A stretch of 64,000 nt of DNA. Origin: an uncultured Clostridia bacterium. GTDB lineage: Bacteria; Bacillota; Clostridia; Oscillospirales; CAG-272. How positions within the stretch are numbered: the stretch's first letter is position 1; every line of letters begins with the position of its first letter. The DNA lies in the NCBI GenBank assembly GCA_946407735.1, contig CAMJPL010000010.1:5298-69297 (forward strand), in the 5' to 3' direction. Under the pieces are notes generated by a model that saw only the letters and a program-made list of their open reading frames with translations, had not been told where the DNA came from and made no database searches. The translations under genes and the position numbers were made by a program. Positions 56,837 through 64,000 of this stretch are shown here, piece by piece.

Positions 56837-58114
56837 TCAGTCGAAATAGTGGGCCACGGTCTCCTTCATCTCCGAGCGCACCTTTTCGATATCGATACAG
56901 GTGAACTCACCGTTCTCATATACTATCTGCCCGTCTATCATGGTAAGGCGGACATCGGACGAGTTCGCGGAGTAAACCGCCGTGTACGCGGGACTATATG
57001 AAGGGATATTGTTCAGCGAGTCGGTGTCGATAAGAATGATATCCGCTTTTCTGCCGGTTTCGAGTTTTCCGCAGTCTTTTCTTCCCTGCGCGGCGGCGCC
57101 GTTCTCCGTCGCCATCGCGATGACGGTGTCCGCCGACAAAATATCGGCCTTGTTTTCAACGCCCTTATGGAGAATCGCGGCGAGGTACATCTCCTTCATT
57201 ATGTCGAGCGTATTGTTCGACGCCGCTCCGTCAGTTCCGAGCGATACCCTTACCCCGACATCCGCCATTTTCGTCACCGGGGCTACGCCCGATCCGAGCT
57301 TAAGATTCGATACAGGGTTATGAGCGCAGGTGACGTTCTTCTCCGCCATAAGCGCCATATCCTCTTCCGTCACATACACGCAGTGGGCTGCCGTGGTCGG
57401 GACGTCGAACACGCCGCAGTCGTAAAAGAATCCAGCCGGAGTCTTTCCTCTCCTGGCTATGCCTTCGGCATGCTCCTTTTGTGTCTCCGAGAGGTGGATC
57501 TGCATCCCGGTGCCGAGCTCTGCGGCCTTTTCCCCGAGCCAGCGGCACATCCGCTCGGTATTGGTGTATTCGGCGTGAAGGGACATGTCTATCATTATCC
57601 TTCCGCCGCATGCTCCGTTGTACTCCCTGAATAGAGAGACCGCTTCCGCCGTCCGGCTGTCGGACGACGGATCGGCGTCGGGATCGAAGCTGACTATGCA
57701 GCGGGATATGTTCGCTTTCATGCCGCACCCGACAGCCGCCTTTACCGTCTCCTCACAGAAGAAATACATGTCAGAGAACGATACTACGCCGTTCTTTATC
57801 ATCTCGGCGCAGGCCAGCATCGAGGCATTGTACACGGCGGCAGGCGTAAGCCTGTCCTCGGCAGGGAAGATACGCTCATTCAGCCATCTGTCAAGCGGCA
57901 GTTCCTCGCCGTACCCGCGGAACAGCGTCATCGCCGCGTGGCAGTGGGTATTGTAAAGCCCCGGGAAAAGAAGCTTTCCGCCGCAGTCTATGCGTCTGTC
58001 AAATCTTCCTTCCGGCGCCGATCCCGTTATCGCAGCGATCCTTTCGCCGGAAACGGCAAGGCATGAGCAATCGGGATGGCCGTATATCACGGCGTTTTCA
58101 AAAAGGATATCCAT
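56837..58114 (-). CDS. mtaD: 5-methylthioadenosine/S-adenosylhomocysteine deaminase-like amidohydrolase
   Basis: NTHCHAAMTLFRGYGEELPLDRWL and later HLSET, TCAHNP, GTDGAASNN motifs. The listed TTG start was replaced by the ATG at 58114. Confidence 0.8.
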   Translation of the reverse strand: MDILFENAVIYGHPDCSCLAVSGERIAAITGSAPEGRFDRRIDCGGKLLFPGLYNTHCHAAMTLFRGYGEELPLDRWLNERIFPAEDRLTPAAVYNASMLACAEMIKNGVVSFSDMYFFCEETVKAAVGCGMKANISRCIVSFDPDADPSSDSRTAEAVSLFREYNGACGGRIMIDMSLHAEYTNTERMCRWLGEKAAELGTGMQIHLSETQKEHAEGIARRGKTPAGFFYDCGVFDVPTTAAHCVYVTEEDMALMAEKNVTCAHNPVSNLKLGSGVAPVTKMADVGVRVSLGTDGAASNNTLDIMKEMYLAAILHKGVENKADILSADTVIAMATENGAAAQGRKDCGKLETGRKADIILIDTDSLNNIPSYSPAYTAVYSANSSDVRLTMIDGQIVYENGEFTCIDIEKVRSEMKETVAHYFD

Positions 58115-58134
58115 ATCAAAATACAATAATACAG

Positions 58135-58971
58135 TCAGATCCGGCTCAGCACTCCGCTGACGACGGTTTTCAGCTTATACGACACGGTGCGCCCGGCTTT
58201 TACCACCTCATCCTCGTCCGGTACGCTGTCACCGACTCCGGCGGCCATATTGGTGACGCACGAAAGGACAAGCGCTTCCATCCCGCAGTGAGCCGCCTGT
58301 ATCACTTCGGGAACGGTCGACATCCCGACAACGGTGGCGCCGAGGATCCCGAGCGCTCTTATCTCGGTCGGAGTCTCATACTGAGGACCGCACATATAAC
58401 CGTAGACTCCGCCGTCGATGAGATCTATCCCGCCATCCTCAGCAGCCTTTGCGGCGTATGAGGCGAGCCTCTTTGAATAGACGGTCTGCATATCGAAGAA
58501 TCTGAGACCGAACTGCGGGATATTCTGTCCTCTCGCCGGCGAATCGGGCGAGAGCTTTATATGATCCCGTACGATGACAAGATCGCCCGGCTTGTATGAA
58601 GGATCGATCCCGCCGGCGGCGTTGGTTATGATGATCTTATCGATACCGAGCAGCTTGAATACTCCGACCGGATAGGCGCACTGCCACATTTCCCAGCCTT
58701 CGTAATAATGGAAGCGTCCGCTCATCGCGAGGATAGGCTTGCCGTTTACCTTTCCGTAGATAAGCTCACCCTTCTGATACGAGACGGTGGACGTCGGGAA
58801 TCCCGGTATATCGGCGTAAGGTATTACGGTCTTATCGTCAATCGCGTCGGCGAAGCCGTCGAGCCCCGATCCGAGGATGACAGCCGTGTCGGCGCCTGTT
58901 ATCCTTTCCGCGATATAATCGGCTGAGCGCCTGTATTCATCATATCCCGCCGGAGTTATGTTCATATTCAT
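58135..58971 (-). CDS. Purine nucleoside phosphorylase (PNP family, PunA-type)
   Basis: ILGSGL..., SGRFHYYEGW and GMSTVPEV motifs. Confidence 0.88.
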   Translation of the reverse strand: MNMNITPAGYDEYRRSADYIAERITGADTAVILGSGLDGFADAIDDKTVIPYADIPGFPTSTVSYQKGELIYGKVNGKPILAMSGRFHYYEGWEMWQCAYPVGVFKLLGIDKIIITNAAGGIDPSYKPGDLVIVRDHIKLSPDSPARGQNIPQFGLRFFDMQTVYSKRLASYAAKAAEDGGIDLIDGGVYGYMCGPQYETPTEIRALGILGATVVGMSTVPEVIQAAHCGMEALVLSCVTNMAAGVGDSVPDEDEVVKAGRTVSYKLKTVVSGVLSRI

Positions 58972-58994
58972 CTGATCTGCTCCCCTGAAAAAGT

Positions 58995-60536
58995 TCAGTT
59001 CATGAGCTGGCTGAAAAATCTCTCATACTGCTCCGAGCCCTCGTCGCAGTCGAGATACTCATAAGGGTATTTCGGCATAAAGAGCCGCTTTATCGGCGGT
59101 TCGCCGATCCTGTCGGAATTATGCCCGAATCCGGCGGCCTCGCCGCGTCTGCTCTGATCCACGAGCTTCGTGACGGCCCCGGCTCCGACGGCGTAGATAG
59201 AATGTATCTCCTCCATCATATAGATATTGTAGTAACCCTCGTGCCCGGGTTTGGTCCAGCCGACATTCTCGTAATTGCCGACGGTGTTTTTCTGCCTGTA
59301 CATATAATAAGGATAATATGACTCGACATACGCTCTCAGCTGGCTGTAATCGAGACACTTCCCGGTATCTCCGCCGTCACGGCTGAATACCTTTTCCTCC
59401 TGACCGTTGAGGGAAGACGATCTTTTCACGCAGAAGGTATGGACGGTAAGGTTTTCCGGAGCCAGCTCGGTGAGCTTATCGAAGGTTTTGGAGAAGTTAT
59501 AGAAATTGTCGCCGGGAAGACCGGCGATGACGTCGGAATTTATCGACTTGAAACCGATCTTCCGCGCAGTATCGAAGGCCGAATAGAACTGATCGGTCGT
59601 ATGGTATCTTCCGATCTCCGAAAGCAGCTCGTCGGACAGCGTCTGCGGGTTTATCGAAACCCTGTCGACTCCGTGATCGCGTGCGATTTTCAGCTTCTCG
59701 TATGTCACGGTGTCGGGGCGTCCGGACTCAAGAGTATATTCCTCAAGAGAGGAAAAATCTATGCATGACGCCACGGTATCGAGAAGCTTTGATAGAAGGG
59801 ATTCACTCAGGATCGTAGGCGTCCCGCCGCCTATATACACGGTCCTTACCCTGAGTCCCTTCCGGCGTATGACAGACGCCGTCCTCTCAAGGTCTCTGCA
59901 GAGCCGCGAAACATAGTCGGGGATAAGGGATATGAGCTTCGGCGTTGAGTATGACACGAAGGAGCAGTAACTGCATCTTGTCGGGCAGACGGGCACCGAG
60001 ATCTACACACTGCACGAATCCGACTGATCGGCGGCTTTTTCGAGAACGGCCGCCTCCCTGTAAGCGACATCCGACGCGAGGAAAGCCTTTTTCGGATTTA
60101 CGAAATACTCGCCCGTCAGGACGGAAATTATCTCATCCCTTGTGTGATCGGCCGTCATTTCGGCAGCGAGCTTCGACGGTCTTACCCCGGTAAGGACGCC
60201 CCACGGCGGGGTATATCCGAGAAGACTTTCTCCCGCCCTGAAAAACGCCTTGCCGACAGCCTGCTTTATCCGTCTCTCATCGCTTACACAGGAAAACGCG
60301 GATCTGTCTGATTCCTCGCAGTATTCACCGGCGGCGCTTTTTTCGCCGATCGAGAGCGTTACCCTTGATATGATCGTCCCGTCAATGCCGTTTCTCTCCG
60401 TCAGCACGTCTGCGCATGGGGTGTCGGGCTTCTTTTCTTCGTTTAAAGGGAACTTGACACCGGGGAAAAATACCATGCAGAGAGTCTGGATATAGTTTAT
60501 ATTGACATCGGTGTTCCCGCGTACTGTAATAATCAT
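58995..60536 (-). pseudogene. hemZ: HemN/HemZ-like radical SAM oxygen-independent coproporphyrinogen oxidase family gene, interrupted by an in-frame TAG
   Basis: The 177-aa N-terminal ORF and the 333-aa ORF carrying CPTRCSYC (CxxxCxxC) are in the same frame, separated only by TAG at 60003-60005 (...SDSCSV*ISVPVCPTRCSYCSF). The total of 1542 nt equals 514 codons. Confidence 0.75.
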
Positions 60537-60548
60537 TTTCTGCCGTAT

Positions 60549-61010
60549 TTATCTGCTTCTCGGGCGTCTGAGATCGTCGGTGTCGAGAATGATAGTCACA
60601 GGTCCGTCATTGACGATGGACACCTTCATATCGGCTCCGAACTCCCCGTGCTTTACGACGAAGCGCTCCGAAAGGCGGCTTATAAAGCTGTTGTACAGTC
60701 TCTCGGCCTCATCGGGACGCATGGCGTGAAAGAAATCGGGACGAGTGCCCCTTCTGCAGTCGGCGTAAAGAGTGAAATTCGAGATCACGAGTATCTCTCC
60801 GCCGACATCGGCACAGGAGAGATTCATCTTGCCGTTTTTATCCTCGAATATCCTGAGAACGGATATCTTGTCCGCGAGCAGCGGGATATCTGCGTCCGTA
60901 TCGTTTTCCCCGACACCGAGAAGCAGAAGCAGTCCATTTCCTATCGACGCGCGTATCTCTCCGTCTATCGTCACCGACGCCGACGTTACCTTCTGTATTA
61001 CTGTTTTCAT
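60549..61010 (-). CDS. dtd: D-aminoacyl-tRNA deacylase
   Basis: 153 aa, MKTVIQKV...SNFTLYADC...GRRP-type motifs. Located downstream of relA, as in Firmicutes. Confidence 0.93.
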   Translation of the reverse strand: MKTVIQKVTSASVTIDGEIRASIGNGLLLLLGVGENDTDADIPLLADKISVLRIFEDKNGKMNLSCADVGGEILVISNFTLYADCRRGTRPDFFHAMRPDEAERLYNSFISRLSERFVVKHGEFGADMKVSIVNDGPVTIILDTDDLRRPRSR

Positions 61011-61040
61011 TATTTATAAACTGATGTATTTACCGGCGCG

Positions 61041-63263
61041 TCATTCTCCCGCCATGACGCGGCTGACATCGCTCACGCCGCTTATGGCCTTCAGCTTGGC
61101 GGCTATCGCTTTGGCCGCCGCGAGATCCTTTACGGCGACGGTCACGTTCAGCTTCATCTGCCCCTGATCGCTCTTCGGCATATAGATGCCGGAAACAGGC
61201 ACCTTCATATCGGCAAGAACGGCCGTGATATTGGCCAGAAGCGCGGTCGATTCCTTCGAAACGACCTGAACGGTGAGGCTGAAGCTGTCGGGCTTGACGC
61301 TGTTGTCCCAGCTCACCGGCACGAATCTCTCGGTGCCGCCGGCCTGTATGCGGTTCTGCTTCACGTTCGGGCAATTGATATTATGTATTGATATCCCGTA
61401 GCCTTTTGTTATAAAGCCGATTATCGGATCGCCTGGGATCGGGTTGCAGCATCGGGCGAACTTCACCTCGATGCTTCCGCCGCCCTCGATGCCGGTGATG
61501 ATGACGCCGCTGCGGCTGCGTTCCTGCTTCGGCACCGCGACCGGAGTCTGGCTTACCGGCAGGACTGCGGCGTCGGAGGATTTAATCAGCTTGTCGTATT
61601 CGTCCTTTATCTTGGACTGGAGTCTTGTTACCGATACCCCGCCGTAGCCGACGGCGTTGTATAGATCGTCGGCGGTCCCCGAGATATTCATCCTGCTTGC
61701 TACGGATGAAAGTATCCCCTGACGCTGGCTGTCGGTCAGCTGATACTGGAACCGCCTGAATATCTTGTCGATCTCGCCCTTGCCGATGAGTATATTGTCG
61801 GCACGGGCCTCCTTCTTAAACCACTGGCGGATCTTGGTCCTCGCTTCGCCTGTCTTTACTATCTTGAGCCAGTCGCGGCTCGGGCCTTTTGACGCCTGAC
61901 TCGTCAGTACCTCGACGATCTCGCCGTTCTGGACGACGCGGTCTATCGGGACGATATTCCCGTTTATCTTTGCGCCGACCATGTGGTTGCCGATCTCCGA
62001 GTGTATAGCGTAGGCGAAATCTATGACCGTGGCTCCGGTCGGGAGAGTGATCACGTCGCTCTTCGGAGTGAAAACGAAGGTCTCGTCCTGGAAGATATCG
62101 ACTTTGAGTGCGTTTATGAACTCGTCTGGATCGCGGGTCTCGTTCTCGTTCTCGACCAGCTTGGATATCCATTCGAGCTTGCGGTCGACCTCCTCGCGGC
62201 TGACCTCGCCGGATTTATACTTCCAGTGTGCCGCGAGACCGTATTCGGCTATCTGCTGCATCTCCCATGTTCGGATCTGCACCTCGAACGGGATGCCGTC
62301 GCGCCCGATGACGGTCGTATGCAGTGAACGGTAGTTGTTGGCCTTCGGCGTCGAGATGTAATCCTTGAACCGTCCGGGCATGAATTTGAACATGTCATGG
62401 ATCACGCCGAGGACGGAATAGCATTCGGGTTCGGTGTCGACGATCACTCTCAGCGCGTAGAAGTCGTATATCTCGTCGAATGATTTGTTCTGCGCGTACA
62501 TCTTGCGGTATATCGAATAAACCGATTTCACGCGCCCCTCAAGCGAGAAATGTATGCCGGATTCCCTGAGCTTCATGTCGATGGAGGCCTTGGCTTTCTC
62601 GAGGAAATCGCGGTTTTTGCCGTACCTTTTCTCGATATCGCTTTTGACCTCGTTGAATCCGATAGGGTCGAGATACGAAAGCGACAGCATCTCAAGCTCG
62701 GCGCGTATCCGCTGCATTCCGAGCCTGTGAGCGAGCGGTGCGTAGACATGCATGGTCTCAAGCGCCGTCTGACGGCGCTTGTACTCCGGCTTCGCGTCAA
62801 GGGTGCGCATGTTATGCAGACGGTCGCACAGCTTGATGAAGATGACCCTGATATCCTTCGACATGGCGAGGAACATCTTCCGGAGATTCTCTACCTGCTG
62901 CTCCTGCTTGTCCTCGAATGGGATCGACACGAGCTTCGTCAGACCGTCGACAAGAGCGGCGACGTCATCGCCGAATTCCTTTTTTATTACCCCGACGGAC
63001 ACCTTCGAGCCGCAGTCCTCCACCGTATCGTGCAGAAGAGCCGCGCAGATCGAGTCTGTATCAAGCTCAAGCGAGGCGACTATCTCCGCGACGGCGATCG
63101 GGTGGGAGATATACTCCTCACCGCTGTTGCGGTACTGTCCCTTGTGAAGGTCGGCCGCGACAAGATAGGCTTTTTTGATCTTGTCGATGTTATACTTCTT
63201 GCCGGTCTTTTCCAGCATCGAAAGAAGCTGGCTTATTGATGAATAGTCTTGGTCGGTATCCAT
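61041..63263 (-). CDS. relA: Bifunctional (p)ppGpp synthetase/hydrolase (RelA/SpoT homolog)
   Basis: HD hydrolase domain (HPIAVAEI ... LHDTVED), synthetase domain (YRSLHTTV), TGS and ACT regions, 740 aa. Confidence 0.95.
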   Translation of the reverse strand: MDTDQDYSSISQLLSMLEKTGKKYNIDKIKKAYLVAADLHKGQYRNSGEEYISHPIAVAEIVASLELDTDSICAALLHDTVEDCGSKVSVGVIKKEFGDDVAALVDGLTKLVSIPFEDKQEQQVENLRKMFLAMSKDIRVIFIKLCDRLHNMRTLDAKPEYKRRQTALETMHVYAPLAHRLGMQRIRAELEMLSLSYLDPIGFNEVKSDIEKRYGKNRDFLEKAKASIDMKLRESGIHFSLEGRVKSVYSIYRKMYAQNKSFDEIYDFYALRVIVDTEPECYSVLGVIHDMFKFMPGRFKDYISTPKANNYRSLHTTVIGRDGIPFEVQIRTWEMQQIAEYGLAAHWKYKSGEVSREEVDRKLEWISKLVENENETRDPDEFINALKVDIFQDETFVFTPKSDVITLPTGATVIDFAYAIHSEIGNHMVGAKINGNIVPIDRVVQNGEIVEVLTSQASKGPSRDWLKIVKTGEARTKIRQWFKKEARADNILIGKGEIDKIFRRFQYQLTDSQRQGILSSVASRMNISGTADDLYNAVGYGGVSVTRLQSKIKDEYDKLIKSSDAAVLPVSQTPVAVPKQERSRSGVIITGIEGGGSIEVKFARCCNPIPGDPIIGFITKGYGISIHNINCPNVKQNRIQAGGTERFVPVSWDNSVKPDSFSLTVQVVSKESTALLANITAVLADMKVPVSGIYMPKSDQGQMKLNVTVAVKDLAAAKAIAAKLKAISGVSDVSRVMAGE

Positions 63264-63343
63264 ATCGGTTAGTTAAAAAGGCAGGCGGCGAATTATCGTT
63301 CTTTTGAAATTGTCTTGAATATGCGGCAGCGGACGGTCCAGCG

Positions 63344-64000
63344 TCATTTCGCGCATTCCAGCAGACGTCTGTACAGAGGGCTGCTTTCGAGAGTAGTCTT
63401 TTTACCGACGCTGATGATGTCAAACTCGTATCTCTCCGCGCCGTCGAGACCGGGCGCTTCGGAAGCTTTGATAAGGCCGTTCTCTCTCAGTATGTCGATC
63501 ACGAATCTCGACTTTATGTAGCGGTTCTCCCCGGTAAGACAGCGGCAGAGCGATCTCATCATGATGAACCTGTGCTCGGCCTTGACTTCATCGCGGATAA
63601 ACACGTACAGCTTCACAAAATCGTCGCGGTCCGGCACGCATCCGGAGATATCCTCCCCGCTGCGGCCGCCGGTGAATTTCTCATATATCCGCTTCTGCGG
63701 ATCGATCAGGGAATGATACTCATCGGTATGGTCCATCTTCCTTATGATGAGCTGGACCGACTGTGTGTTCATGAAATCGTTGATGTCGAGATTGAAAACT
63801 ACGTCGGCTTTGTCTCCCGGCTCAAAATCGCTGTCGGCGCTCGAGGCGCCGCAATAGACGGCCGAGAACCTTACACCGTTCTTCTCGAGCGTGAATCTTG
63901 TGTGACGCGCGCTCCCGATAGGCGTGATGTCGAGTATCTTGGCGTCCGACAGCAGGAACAGCGGGACGGGGTTGGAAGCGCCGTACGGCTCGAGCAGATA
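63344..64000 (-). CDS. recJ: Single-stranded-DNA-specific exonuclease RecJ, C-terminal part (continues beyond the window)
   Basis: The frame is open from base 64000 (YLLEPYGASNPVPLF ... FEPGDKADVVFNLDINDF...SVQLIIRKM), which resembles the RecJ C-terminal OB-like region. recJ-relA-dtd synteny supports the call. Confidence 0.65.
   Translation of the reverse strand, partial: YLLEPYGASNPVPLFLLSDAKILDITPIGSARHTRFTLEKNGVRFSAVYCGASSADSDFEPGDKADVVFNLDINDFMNTQSVQLIIRKMDHTDEYHSLIDPQKRIYEKFTGGRSGEDISGCVPDRDDFVKLYVFIRDEVKAEHRFIMMRSLCRCLTGENRYIKSRFVIDILRENGLIKASEAPGLDGAERYEFDIISVGKKTTLESSPLYRRLLECAK

Noticed and set aside
47406-60536. Stop-codon reassignment (TAA or TAG read as sense) as an explanation for the two in-frame stops.
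   Set aside because: The clearly intact genes in the window terminate normally at TAA, TAG and TGA, with terminators or start-stop overlaps right after. One TAA and one TAG interruption are better explained by point mutations or sequencing errors.

Overview
The window looks like a chromosomal segment of a Firmicutes/Clostridia-type anaerobe. This taxon guess is inferred from SRP RNA-dnaX-ybaB-recR and recJ-relA-dtd synteny, a T-box leader on valS, GGAGG ribosome-binding sites and consensus sigma-A promoters. About 60 protein genes are densely packed. The housekeeping genes are recR, ybaB, dnaX, valS, trxB, hup, mazG, hslO, dtd, relA, partial recJ, mtaD and a purine nucleoside phosphorylase. 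RNA features are three tRNAs (Leu-UAA, initiator Met, Ala-GGC), a large SRP RNA and one T-box riboswitch. Accessory content is mostly transport and glycan related: two pairs of ABC exporters, an iron/cobalamin-type importer, three paralogous ~500-aa solute-binding lipoproteins with no partner permeases, GH130, a clan GH-A-like barrel and a DUF4838-like protein. No CRISPR array, prophage, integrase or transposase was seen. The strongest candidates for undescribed biology are two operons. One is an ABC / DUF1854 / ABC operon (10614-15920) in which both transporters carry a shared N-terminal zinc-ribbon module and one carries a His-rich tract. The other is an AraC-headed operon (16146-24357) combining an M55 peptidase, a binding protein, DUF4838, a DegT aminotransferase, a Gfo/Idh/MocA dehydrogenase and a small Cys-rich protein. 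Other observations include a MITE-like element with 30-bp inverted repeats, two genes broken by single in-frame stop codons (hemZ-like, binding protein), face-to-face consensus promoters around tRNA-Ala, and an initiator tRNA with an extra T-stem base. All family names come from motif recognition by eye; no searches were run.
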